This document shows positions 34,594 through 44,157 of a DNA stretch of 64,000 bases, one piece after another. Within the stretch, counting starts at the first letter, position 1. Each line of letters opens with the position of its first letter. The translations under genes were made by a program, and so were the position numbers. Below the pieces are notes generated by a model that saw only the letters and a program-made list of their open reading frames with translations, was not told the origin of the DNA and did no database searches. Source of the DNA: Candidatus Coproplasma excrementigallinarum. Its GTDB lineage: Bacteria > Bacillota > Clostridia > Christensenellales > Borkfalkiaceae. The stretch covers positions 16,840-80,839 of the forward strand of contig DVNE01000009.1 in the NCBI GenBank assembly GCA_018714625.1. Reading direction: 5' to 3'.

Positions 34594-35817
34594 ATGAGTT
34601 TTTTACAGGAAATAGATGGCGGTGTCTGCGCTCCCACAGGGTTCAAGGCGGGCGGTATACACTGCGGCTTAAGGAAAAATAAGGTTAAAAAAGATGTCGC
34701 TCTGATAGTCAGCAGCGTACCCTGCGTTGCAGCGGGCGTTTTTACGCAGAATATTGTAAAGGGCGCACCCGTAGTCGTTTCAAAGCGCAATCTTCAGGAC
34801 GGTATTGCTCAGGCGGTAATCTGCAACAGCGGAAACGCCAACACCTGCAATGCTGGCGGCGAAGAAGTGGCGGAAAAGATGTGTGAGCTTGTAACAAAGG
34901 TCAGCGGAATACCTGCTGGCAATGTTCTGGTTGCATCTACCGGCGTTATAGGTCAGCCCCTCGATATAACTCCCATGGAGAGCGCAATGGACGAGCTCTA
35001 CTCGTCAATCAGCGCAGAGGGCGGTCTTTCGGCTGCAGAGGCCATAATGACCACCGATACCGTACCCAAGACCGTTGCCGTTGAATTTTCTGTCGGCGGC
35101 AAGACGTGCAGAATGGGTGCTATGGCCAAGGGTGTGGGCATGATTTGCCCCAATATGGCCACGACGCTTATCTTTATAACTTCGGATGTCAGCATCGGGC
35201 ACGATATGCTTCAGAAGGCGCTCTCAGACGATGTTAAAACTTCCTTCAATATGGTCAGCATAGACGGCGACCAGTCGACCAACGATACCTGCTGCATACT
35301 CTGCAACGGCCTTGCCGGCAACGAGCAAATCTCTGCCGCAGGCGCCGATTTTAACGCCTTCAAGCGCGCTTTGCACTACTGCACGGTAAAGCTTTCGCGC
35401 ATGATAGCCAAGGACGGCGAGGGCGCTACCAAACTTTTGGAGTGCAACGTAAAGGGAGCAAAGTCGCAGAAGGCGGCAAAAAATGTTGCCAAGGCCGTGA
35501 TTAAATCTTCGCTTGTAAAGGCGGCAATGTTCGGCGCGGACGCAAACTGGGGAAGGGTGCTGTGTGCTGCGGGCTATTCGGGCGAGCAGATTGACCCCGA
35601 TAAAATAGATGTAGATTTTACCTCCGCAGCGGGCGTACTGCCTGTGTGCAAGGACGGCAGGGGCGTTCCCTTCGACGAGGATTTTGCAAAAAAAGTGCTT
35701 TCCTGCGACGAAATACAGATAAACATTTGTCTCAATTCGGGCAGATATAAAGCCTCTGCATGGGGTTGCGACCTTACATACGATTACGTCAAAATAAACG
35801 GCGACTACCGCACCTGA
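34594..35817 (+). CDS. argJ: bifunctional ornithine acetyltransferase / N-acetylglutamate synthase
   Basis: GFKAGGIHCGLRK, autoprocessing site PNMATTLIFITSD, and the C-terminal WGCDLTYDYVKINGDYRT motif. Confidence 0.95.
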   Translation: MSFLQEIDGGVCAPTGFKAGGIHCGLRKNKVKKDVALIVSSVPCVAAGVFTQNIVKGAPVVVSKRNLQDGIAQAVICNSGNANTCNAGGEEVAEKMCELVTKVSGIPAGNVLVASTGVIGQPLDITPMESAMDELYSSISAEGGLSAAEAIMTTDTVPKTVAVEFSVGGKTCRMGAMAKGVGMICPNMATTLIFITSDVSIGHDMLQKALSDDVKTSFNMVSIDGDQSTNDTCCILCNGLAGNEQISAAGADFNAFKRALHYCTVKLSRMIAKDGEGATKLLECNVKGAKSQKAAKNVAKAVIKSSLVKAAMFGADANWGRVLCAAGYSGEQIDPDKIDVDFTSAAGVLPVCKDGRGVPFDEDFAKKVLSCDEIQINICLNSGRYKASAWGCDLTYDYVKINGDYRT

Positions 35818-35946
35818 TAAAAAGTCGGAGCGCAATAAATTACAAAAAATACACCGCGGAGAGCTGCCAACAGCTATACTTTGCAGCCGCGCGTCACTTA
35901 ATAAAGACCAATCGGAGCAAATAGCTCTGCACAATCGGGGTTGTTG

Positions 35947-36795
35947 ATGGACAAACAGGAACAGGCCGAGTTTTTGATAGAGGCTCTGCCGTACATCAAA
36001 AAATACTATAACAAAATTATAGTCATAAAATATGGCGGCAACGCCATGACCGACGAAAAACTTAAAGCTTCGGTAATGAACGACGTTGCCGTGTTGAACG
36101 CGCTCGGCATTTTTGTTGTGATAGTTCACGGCGGCGGGCCGGATATTTCCGATATTTCCAAGAAGATGGGCATTGTTCCCAAATTTGTCAACGGCCTGCG
36201 TTATACCGATAAAGACACGGCCGAGATAGCGCGCATGGCGCTTGCGGGCAAAGTCAACAAGTCGCTCGTGGATATGTTGTGTTCGGCAGGCGGCAAGGCC
36301 ATCGGCCTTTGCGGCGAAGACGGGCATATGCTCAGGTGCGAAAAGCTCTCTGATGACCTCGGTTTCGTCGGAAAAATAGTAAATGTCAATGCCGACATCA
36401 TAAAAGACGTTCTCAGCATCGGCTATGTTCCCGTAATTGCGCCCATAGGTTTCGACGGCGAAGGCAACGTGTACAACGTCAACGCAGATACGGCCGCCGC
36501 AGCCATAGCTGGTGCGATTGGCGCAGAGAGCCTCATTTTAATGACCGACATTAAGGGCCTTATGGAGAATAAGGACGACCCCGAAAGTCTGATTAAAAAA
36601 GTTTACGTTTCCGATATTCCCGCGCTTGTAAAGCAGGGCATCATATCGGGCGGAATGATTCCTAAAATTGAATGCTGCAAAGAGGCCATCCGCCGCGGAG
36701 TTAACAAGGTGTTCATAACCGACGGAAGGGTTTACCATTCCATTTTGGTGGAGATATTGTCTGAAGAAGGCAGCGGCACCATGTTTTACAGTTGA
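35947..36795 (+). CDS. argB: acetylglutamate kinase
   Basis: IVIKYGGNAM and VHGGGP amino-acid-kinase family motifs. It sits between argJ and argD. ATG 35947 is preferred over TTG 35941. Confidence 0.93.
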   Translation: MDKQEQAEFLIEALPYIKKYYNKIIVIKYGGNAMTDEKLKASVMNDVAVLNALGIFVVIVHGGGPDISDISKKMGIVPKFVNGLRYTDKDTAEIARMALAGKVNKSLVDMLCSAGGKAIGLCGEDGHMLRCEKLSDDLGFVGKIVNVNADIIKDVLSIGYVPVIAPIGFDGEGNVYNVNADTAAAAIAGAIGAESLILMTDIKGLMENKDDPESLIKKVYVSDIPALVKQGIISGGMIPKIECCKEAIRRGVNKVFITDGRVYHSILVEILSEEGSGTMFYS

Positions 36796-36927
36796 CTGAT
36801 TTATTGCTTTAAATCAGTCTTTATTTTAGTATCGGGCAGTAAAATCCCGGTATCTTGCAGTAAATTCAGGTTATTGTATCGGCGGTGCGCCGCAATTTTG
36901 TAAGCGGGCGGCGCCAGGGAGAGTAAG

Positions 36928-38094
36928 ATGGACGGAAAATTCATCATAGAGGAAGATAAAAAATATATAGCAAATACATACTCGCGTTTTCCCGTCGCTT
37001 TTAAAGACGGCAAGGGATGCAGGCTGTACGATTTTGACGGAAAGGAGTACATAGACTGCGGCAGCGGTATAGGCGTGGACGTGTTCGGCGTAAACGACGA
37101 AGAGTGGAAAAAGGCGGTGATTGCGCAGCTCAACAAAGTTCAGCACACCAGCAATCTCTACTACACCGAACCCGCGGCCGACCTTGCAAAGCTGCTCTGT
37201 GGCAGGACGGGCGCAAAAAAGGTGTTCTTCGGCAACAGCGGCGCGGAGGCCAACGAGTGCGCAATAAAGGCTGCGCGCAAGTACGGCGAAATAAATTACG
37301 GACCTTCGAGAAAGGAGATTATAACGCTTAAAAATTCCTTCCACGGCAGAACGCTCGCAACGCTCGCTGCCACGGGCCAGGATGGTTTTCATAAATACTA
37401 CGGTCCGTTCCCCGCAGGTTTTGTGTATGCAGACGCCGACGCGGCAAGCGTAGAGAGCTGCATGAATGAAAATACCTGCGCGGTAATGGTGGAGTGCATT
37501 CAGGGCGAGAGCGGCGTGAACGTGCTCGGCGGCGACTTTCTGAAGGCAGTAGAAAAGCTGTGCAAGGAGAGGGACATACTTCTTATTTGCGACGAAGTTC
37601 AGACGGGCAACGGCCGCACCGGCAGGCTTTATTCCTATGAAAATTACGGACTGCGCCCCGACATCGTGACGACGGCAAAGGGACTTGGCGGCGGCCTTCC
37701 CATAGGCGCATGCATGATGTTTGAAAAATGTGCGGGCGTGTTCGGCTACGGCGACCACGGCTCTACATTCGGCGGAAACCCGGTTGTGTGCGCAGGCGCG
37801 ATAAACATACTTTCGCGCATAGACAAAGAGCTGCTTGAAAAAGTGCGCGAAAAGGGCGAATATTTCACTGCCCGCCTCAAGGAGATTGAGGGCGTGGAAG
37901 AGGTTTCAGGACTTGGCCTTATGATAGGCATAAAGACGGCAAAGCCCGCAGCGGAAATTGCCGCAGAATGTGTAAAGAGGGGGTTGCTTGTGCTTACCGC
38001 ACACTCCCGCGTGCGTCTGCTGCCGCCCCTTACCATAAGCAAAGACGAAATAGACTTTGCACTCAAAATTTTAAACGAGGTGATAAGAGGATGA
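36928..38094 (+). CDS. argD: acetylornithine aminotransferase
   Basis: Class-III PLP aminotransferase (NSGAEANECAIKAARKY; DEVQTGNGRTG; TTAKGLGGG with the PLP lysine), in arg-operon context. Confidence 0.92.
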   Translation: MDGKFIIEEDKKYIANTYSRFPVAFKDGKGCRLYDFDGKEYIDCGSGIGVDVFGVNDEEWKKAVIAQLNKVQHTSNLYYTEPAADLAKLLCGRTGAKKVFFGNSGAEANECAIKAARKYGEINYGPSRKEIITLKNSFHGRTLATLAATGQDGFHKYYGPFPAGFVYADADAASVESCMNENTCAVMVECIQGESGVNVLGGDFLKAVEKLCKERDILLICDEVQTGNGRTGRLYSYENYGLRPDIVTTAKGLGGGLPIGACMMFEKCAGVFGYGDHGSTFGGNPVVCAGAINILSRIDKELLEKVREKGEYFTARLKEIEGVEEVSGLGLMIGIKTAKPAAEIAAECVKRGLLVLTAHSRVRLLPPLTISKDEIDFALKILNEVIRG

Positions 38095-38993
38095 AACATT
38101 TATTGAAACTCGGCGACCTTTCGAGGGAAGAGATACTCTCTATATTAAATCTCGCCGACCAGCTTAAATTTGAACGCAACAATGGTATTCAGAAGGAATA
38201 TCTCAAGGGCAAAAAGCTCGGCATGATATTCCAGAAGGCTTCTACCCGCACGAGGGTATCGTTCGAGGCTGGCATGTACGAACTGGGCGGATATGCGCTC
38301 TTTTTGTCCAGCCACGACCTTCAGATAGGCAGGGGCGAGCCCGTGCAGGACACGGCGCGCGTACTTTCACGCTATCTCGACGGCATAATGATAAGGACTT
38401 TCGCCCAGCAGGAGGTGGAAGACCTTGCAAAATACGGCACTATCCCTGTAATCAACGGACTTACCGACTACTGCCATCCCTGCCAGGTGCTTGCCGACCT
38501 TATGGCCATAAGGGAGTACAAGGGTACTTTCAAGGGACTTAAGATGGCGTTCATAGGCGACGGCAACAATATGGCGAACAGCCTTATCGTGGGCGCTGTA
38601 AAGATGGGAATGAACTTCACCGTTGCCTGCCCCGAAGGTTACGAGCCGGACGCCGAACTTGTCAAGTGGGGAAAGGAGAGCGGACTTCTTACCATAACTT
38701 CAGACGTAAATTCTGCCATAGAGGGCGCGGACGTACTCTACACGGACGTATGGGCGTCTATGGGTCAGGAAGGCGAGAAGCAGAAGAGAGAGGCCGTTTT
38801 CAAGGGCTTCCAGATAAACGAAAAGAACATCAAAAAGGCCAAAGAGGACGTAATGGTGATGCACTGCCTGCCCGCTCACCGCGGCGAAGAGATTACCGAC
38901 GGCGTGTTTGAAGCTCACGCTAACGAAATCTTCGACGAGGCGGAGAACAGGCTGCACGCACAGAAGGCCGTAATGGTCAAGCTGATGAGATAA
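38091..38993 (+). CDS. argF: ornithine carbamoyltransferase
   Basis: STRTR carbamoyl-phosphate motif, HPCQVLADL, and DVWASMG ornithine-binding motif. ATG 38091 overlaps the argD stop (ATGA). The upstream part of the tracked ORF is out of context. Confidence 0.95.
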   Translation: MKHLLKLGDLSREEILSILNLADQLKFERNNGIQKEYLKGKKLGMIFQKASTRTRVSFEAGMYELGGYALFLSSHDLQIGRGEPVQDTARVLSRYLDGIMIRTFAQQEVEDLAKYGTIPVINGLTDYCHPCQVLADLMAIREYKGTFKGLKMAFIGDGNNMANSLIVGAVKMGMNFTVACPEGYEPDAELVKWGKESGLLTITSDVNSAIEGADVLYTDVWASMGQEGEKQKREAVFKGFQINEKNIKKAKEDVMVMHCLPAHRGEEITDGVFEAHANEIFDEAENRLHAQKAVMVKLMR

Positions 38994-39047
38994 AAGCAAA
39001 TCATTTAACTTTACATACGATTATTTAACCACAGAAAGGAAGGATAA

Positions 39048-40121
39048 ATGAAAAACAACAAGGTTTATTTGACGTTGCAGAACGGAAAACAGTTTACAGG
39101 TTATTCCTTCGGCGCAGAAAAGGAAGTCGTGGGCGAGCTTGTATTCACGACGGGCATGACGGGCTATATAGAGACGCTCACCGATCCCAGCTATTACGGG
39201 CAGATAGTCACCCAGACCTTCCCGCTCATAGGCAACTACGGAATGATAGAGGCCGATACTGAGAGCAAGAAGCCGTGGGTCACGGCCTATATCGTAAGGG
39301 AAAAGTGCGATAAACCCTCTAACTTCAGGTGCGAGGGCACTATCGAGGAGTACCTCAAGAGAAAGGGCATACCCGCAATCTACGGCATCGACACGCGCGA
39401 GCTCACTAAAATTGTGAGGGAGACGGGCGTAATGAATGCCGCAATCACAAAGCGGCCTTTAAAAGATTTTTCGCAGGTAAATTCGTACTACATCAAAGAC
39501 GCGGTAAAGTCGGTTACCTGCAGCGAAGTTGAGTACCTCGGCGACCCGAACGGCATAAAAGTTGCCGTCTGGGACTTCGGCGCAAAGCGCAACATAATGC
39601 GCGAGCTTGCAAAGCGCGGCTGCTATTGCATGAAAGTGCCCTCTTACTATACCGCCGAACAAATTCTTGCGCTTGAGCCGCAGGGTCTTATGCTTACGAA
39701 CGGCCCCGGCGACCCTTCTGAAAATGTGGAGATAATTTCCAACATACGCAAACTTGCGGGCAAGCTTCCAATCTTCGGGATATGCCTCGGGCATCAGCTC
39801 TTTGCGCTTGCAATGGGCGGCAAGACCAAGAAGATGAAGTACGGACACAGAGGCTCAAATCAGCCGGTAAAAAATCTTGATACCGGCAGGGTATACATCT
39901 CCAGCCAGAACCACGGCTACGAGGTTATCTCATCCAGCGTGGAGGGCGGCAAGCTCAGCTTCATAAACGCCAACGACGGCACCTGCGAGGGATTTGAATA
40001 CCCCGAGCTCAACGCCTACACCGTTCAGTTCCACCCCGAAGCATGCGGCGGACCGCTCGACGCTTCCTTCCTGTTCGATAAATTTATACTCAACATAAAG
40101 GAGGGCAAGTACCATGCCTAA
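39048..40121 (+). CDS. carA: carbamoyl-phosphate synthase small (glutaminase) subunit
   Basis: CPSase small-chain N-domain and class-I GATase with catalytic Cys in GICLGHQL and the HGYE/H-P-E triad region. It overlaps the carB start by 8 nt. Confidence 0.95.
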   Translation: MKNNKVYLTLQNGKQFTGYSFGAEKEVVGELVFTTGMTGYIETLTDPSYYGQIVTQTFPLIGNYGMIEADTESKKPWVTAYIVREKCDKPSNFRCEGTIEEYLKRKGIPAIYGIDTRELTKIVRETGVMNAAITKRPLKDFSQVNSYYIKDAVKSVTCSEVEYLGDPNGIKVAVWDFGAKRNIMRELAKRGCYCMKVPSYYTAEQILALEPQGLMLTNGPGDPSENVEIISNIRKLAGKLPIFGICLGHQLFALAMGGKTKKMKYGHRGSNQPVKNLDTGRVYISSQNHGYEVISSSVEGGKLSFINANDGTCEGFEYPELNAYTVQFHPEACGGPLDASFLFDKFILNIKEGKYHA

Positions 40122-43100
40122 GAGAGAGGATATTAAAAAAGTACTCGTTATAGGTTCGGGCCCCATCGTCATAGGCCAGGCGGCCGAATTCGACTACGCA
40201 GGCGCGCAGGCCTGCCGCGTCCTCAAGGACGCAGGTCTTGACGTCGTGCTCTGCAACTCTAACCCCGCAACGATAATGACGGATAAGGCGCTCGCAGACG
40301 AAATCTATCTCGAGCCGCTCACCATAGATACTTTAAAGAGAATAATTATAAAGGAACGTCCCGACAGCCTGCTCGCCTCTCTCGGCGGACAGACAGGTCT
40401 TACGCTCGGCTGCAAGCTCGCAAAAGAGGGCTTTCTGGACGAGTGGGGCGTAAAGCTCATAGGCGTAAACCTCAGCGCCATAGACAGGGCGGAGGACAGG
40501 GAGCTCTTCAAGGAGACGATGCAGAAGATAAACCAGCCTGTCGTTCCCTCCGATATAGCATATACCGTTGAGGAATGCCTTGCCGTTGCCGAAAAAATAG
40601 GCGGCTATCCCGTAATCGTGCGCCCTGCATACACGCTCGGCGGCGCGGGCGGCGGCGTTGCCCATGACGAAGAAGAGCTCAAAATTATTGCGCACAACGG
40701 ACTTATGCTCTCGCCTATAACTCAGGTGCTGATTGAAAAGTACATCGGCGGCTGGAAGGAGATTGAGTTTGAAGTTCTGCGCGACGGCGCGGGCAACGTG
40801 CTCACCGTCTGCTCAATGGAAAACTTCGACCCCGTCGGAATACACACGGGCGACTCGATAGTAATTGCGCCCGCAGTCACCCTCTCCGATAAGGAGTATC
40901 AGATGCTGCGTACCGCCTCGCTCAACATAATCACAGAGCTGGGCATAGAGGGAGGCTGCAACTGCCAGTTCGCCCTCAACCCCGATTCCTTTGAATACTC
41001 GGTAATAGAGGTAAATCCCCGTGTATCGCGCTCTTCGGCGCTCGCCTCAAAGGCAACGGGCTACCCCATAGCCAAGGTGGCTACAAAGATAGCGCTCGGC
41101 TATACCCTCGACGAAATCAAAAACGATGTCACCGGCAAGACCTATGCCTGCTTCGAGCCCACGCTCGACTACGTCGTTGTAAAGCTGCCCAAGTGGCCGT
41201 TCGATAAATTCCTCTATGCAAAGCGTACGCTCGGTACCCGCATGAAGGCCACGGGCGAAGTTATGGCAATAGGCACTTCGTTCGAGATGGCCATAATGAA
41301 GGCGGTGCGCGGTGCGGAAATTTCGCTCGGAACGCTCAACATGCCCAAAATGATGGAGCTTTCTGACGACGAAATTCACGAAAAATTACACGAGCTTACC
41401 GACGAAAGGCTGTTTGTGGTATTCAGTGCCATAAAGCGCGGTTTCTCGATAGACGAAATACACAACATAACCAAGATAGATAAGTGGTTCCTTGAAAAGC
41501 TTAAAAACCTTGCAGATTTCGAGGGTGAAATTGCAGGCAAACCCATGACCCGCGCACAGTATATGCAGGGCAAAAAGATGGGCTATCCCGACAAGGAGCT
41601 TGAAAAGATTTCCGGCAACAAACTGCCCATGCACCGCGACGCCGTGTTCAAGATGGTAGATACTTGCGGTGCGGAGTTTGCCGCGCAGACGCCCTATTTC
41701 TACTCGACCTATGATGAGCTCGAGCACGACGAGGCAAAGCCCTTTGTAAAGCGCAGCAAAAAGCGCAGGGTAATAGTTATAGGTTCAGGCCCCATAAGAA
41801 TAGGCCAGGGCATAGAGTTCGACTATTCCTCCGTTCATTGCGTATGGACTTTGAAGGAGCTCGGCTACGAAGTTATAATAATAAACAACAACCCCGAGAC
41901 CGTTTCCACCGACTTCGATACTGCTGACAGACTGTATTTCGAGGCTCTCACCCCCGAAGACGTGCAGAGCGTTATAGACGTGGAAAAGCCCTACGGTGTA
42001 GTTATCACATTCGGCGGCCAGACGGCTATAAAGTTGTGCGGCTATCTCGACAAGAAGGGAGTGCGCATACTCGGCACGTCTGCCGACAGCGTTGACCTCG
42101 CCGAGGACAGGGAGAGGTTCGACGAGCTGCTCGAAAAATTCTCGATTGCCCGCCCGAAGGGTCTTACTGTAATGACCAAGGAAGAGGCCGTATCCGCAGC
42201 TGAAACTCTCGGCTACCCCGTGCTTCTGCGCCCCTCATACGTCATAGGCGGCCAGAATATGACCATAGCCTTCACGCAGAACGATATAGAGAGGTATATG
42301 GACGTCATTCTTTCGCAGAAGATAGAAAACCCCGTTCTCTGCGATAAGTACCTGATGGGCACCGAGCTTGAAGTGGACGCCATTTCAGACGGCGTCGACG
42401 TGCTTATACCCGGCATAATGCAGCATATCGAGCGCGCAGGCGTACACAGCGGCGACTCCATTGCCGTATATCCCCCTTATAACTTAAGCGACGCCATGCT
42501 CAAAAAGGTGGTAGACATCTCGGTTGAGCTTGCGCTCTCTTTGAAGACAAAGGGTCTGATAAACATTCAGTACTTAATCTACCATAACGAGCTCTACGTA
42601 ATAGAGGTAAATCCCAGGGCGTCGCGTACAATACCGTACATCTCCAAGGTGACGGGCGTGCCCATGGTAGAGCTTGCAACGAAAATTCTGGTGGGAGCGA
42701 AGCTGAAGCGCCTGGGCTACGGCACGGGACTTTATCCCAACTCGCCCTACGTTGCAGTAAAAGTTCCCGTGTTCTCGTTTGAAAAGCTCAACGACGTCAA
42801 CTCTCAGCTTGGACCCGAAATGAAGTCTACGGGCGAAGTGCTCGGCATAGGCAAGACGATAGAGGAGGCGCTCTTCAAGGGGCTCGTATCTGCGGGCTTC
42901 AATATGAAGCACCCCACAAAGCAGCATCCTTCGGGCATTTACTTCACCATAAATGACCAGGATAAGTACGAAATTGTAAATATAGTCAAAAAGTTTGCCG
43001 ACCTCGGCCTGACGTTCTATGCAACAAAGGGCACGGCAAAGGTAATACGCAGCCTGGGTATAGATTGCACGGAAGTTGCAAGGCTTTCTACCAACGACGA

Positions 43101-44157
43101 TATATTCAAGCTTATGGACGCAGGCAAGATTGACTACGTAGTTTATACCGGCAAGACGGATATGGAGTCTATATCCAGCTATATTTCGCTTCATCACCAT
43201 GCAATACTGCTCGGCATAACAGTGCTCACCTCGCTCGACACGACTAACGCGCTTGCAGACTGCATTGCGGGCAGGTACACCCAGTTCAACACCGAACTTG
43301 TGGACATCAACCACCTGCGTAAGCAAAAGCTCAAGCTGACATTCTGCAAGATGCACAGCTGCGGCAATGACTATATATTCTTCAACAACTTTGATAATAA
43401 GATAACCTGCCCCGAATCGCTGGCCATCAACTTCTCTGACAGACATAACGGCATAGGCAGCGACGGCATTGTAATGATTGAAAAGTCTGACATTGCCGAC
43501 TGCAAGATGAGGGTGTTCAACCGCGATGGCAGCGAGGCTGGACTGGCCGCCAATCCTTTAAGGTGCGTTGCCAAGTATGTGTTCGATAAGCACATAGTAA
43601 ATTCCGACAAAATGACCGTTGAAACTTGTGCAGGAGTAAAAACGCTTGCAGTTGTTTCATTCAACGGTGTGGCAAGTTCGGTTTCGGTAAATCTCGGCAA
43701 GGCGGAGTGCAAAAAGGTAAATCCCGACGGCAAGCTCTATGCTGAATTAAAGGAGTACTGCGGTACGATTTACGATGCTCTTCTTGTGGACGTCGGAAAC
43801 AAGCATTGCACAATCTTCTGCGACAAGGTGGACGACGTGGACATGGAAGGCCTCGGCCAGGCCGTAATCTCTTCCGGACAGTTCCCCGGAATAACCTATA
43901 TCGAGTGCGTGCGCGTGGTCAACGACCTTACGCTCAAGCTCCGCGTATGGGACAGGGTGAACGGTGAAATGATGGCCTGCGGCACTGCGGCAGCGGCTGT
44001 TACGGCAGCGGCGGTAGAGCTGGGTATGTGCCAGAACTGCAACGTCATAACGGTAAAACTCCGCGGCGGCGACCTGTTCGTAAGGCATCTCGAAGACGGC
44101 AGCCTTGTGCTGGAAGGCAGCGTTAAACAATCGTTTGAAGGCGTAATAGAGATATAA
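40114..44157 (+). CDS. carB: carbamoyl-phosphate synthase large subunit fused in frame to a C-terminal DapF-like (diaminopimelate epimerase fold) domain
   Basis: Residues 1 to ~1070 are a full-length CarB: two ATP-grasp halves (VLVIGSGPIVIGQAAEFDYAG and VIVIGSGPIRIGQGIEFDYS), the oligomerisation domain, and the MGS-like allosteric domain. Residues ~1073-1347 carry the DapF motifs FCKMHSCGNDY, DRHNGIGSDG, FNRDGSE, VGNKHC and MACGTA. There is no stop codon between the two parts. Confidence 0.9.
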   Translation: MPKREDIKKVLVIGSGPIVIGQAAEFDYAGAQACRVLKDAGLDVVLCNSNPATIMTDKALADEIYLEPLTIDTLKRIIIKERPDSLLASLGGQTGLTLGCKLAKEGFLDEWGVKLIGVNLSAIDRAEDRELFKETMQKINQPVVPSDIAYTVEECLAVAEKIGGYPVIVRPAYTLGGAGGGVAHDEEELKIIAHNGLMLSPITQVLIEKYIGGWKEIEFEVLRDGAGNVLTVCSMENFDPVGIHTGDSIVIAPAVTLSDKEYQMLRTASLNIITELGIEGGCNCQFALNPDSFEYSVIEVNPRVSRSSALASKATGYPIAKVATKIALGYTLDEIKNDVTGKTYACFEPTLDYVVVKLPKWPFDKFLYAKRTLGTRMKATGEVMAIGTSFEMAIMKAVRGAEISLGTLNMPKMMELSDDEIHEKLHELTDERLFVVFSAIKRGFSIDEIHNITKIDKWFLEKLKNLADFEGEIAGKPMTRAQYMQGKKMGYPDKELEKISGNKLPMHRDAVFKMVDTCGAEFAAQTPYFYSTYDELEHDEAKPFVKRSKKRRVIVIGSGPIRIGQGIEFDYSSVHCVWTLKELGYEVIIINNNPETVSTDFDTADRLYFEALTPEDVQSVIDVEKPYGVVITFGGQTAIKLCGYLDKKGVRILGTSADSVDLAEDRERFDELLEKFSIARPKGLTVMTKEEAVSAAETLGYPVLLRPSYVIGGQNMTIAFTQNDIERYMDVILSQKIENPVLCDKYLMGTELEVDAISDGVDVLIPGIMQHIERAGVHSGDSIAVYPPYNLSDAMLKKVVDISVELALSLKTKGLINIQYLIYHNELYVIEVNPRASRTIPYISKVTGVPMVELATKILVGAKLKRLGYGTGLYPNSPYVAVKVPVFSFEKLNDVNSQLGPEMKSTGEVLGIGKTIEEALFKGLVSAGFNMKHPTKQHPSGIYFTINDQDKYEIVNIVKKFADLGLTFYATKGTAKVIRSLGIDCTEVARLSTNDDIFKLMDAGKIDYVVYTGKTDMESISSYISLHHHAILLGITVLTSLDTTNALADCIAGRYTQFNTELVDINHLRKQKLKLTFCKMHSCGNDYIFFNNFDNKITCPESLAINFSDRHNGIGSDGIVMIEKSDIADCKMRVFNRDGSEAGLAANPLRCVAKYVFDKHIVNSDKMTVETCAGVKTLAVVSFNGVASSVSVNLGKAECKKVNPDGKLYAELKEYCGTIYDALLVDVGNKHCTIFCDKVDDVDMEGLGQAVISSGQFPGITYIECVRVVNDLTLKLRVWDRVNGEMMACGTAAAAVTAAAVELGMCQNCNVITVKLRGGDLFVRHLEDGSLVLEGSVKQSFEGVIEI

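Noticed and set aside
35224-36327. Long antisense ORFs lie opposite well-supported genes. Examples: 35224-36327(-), 36871-37758(-), 42574-43446(-), 8963-9874(-), 8572-9270(-), 58357-59304(+), 48167-49042(+), 31613-32563(-), 55102-55740(-), 52383-53141(-), 17925-18611(-).
   Set aside because: Each fully overlaps a gene with unmistakable family motifs (argJ/argB, argD, carB, ftsZ, groEL, PBP, argG, mutL, mutS, ftsK). Their translations are low-complexity and rich in Arg, Cys, His, Leu, Val and Tyr, with no recognisable motifs and no SD. These are shadow ORFs.
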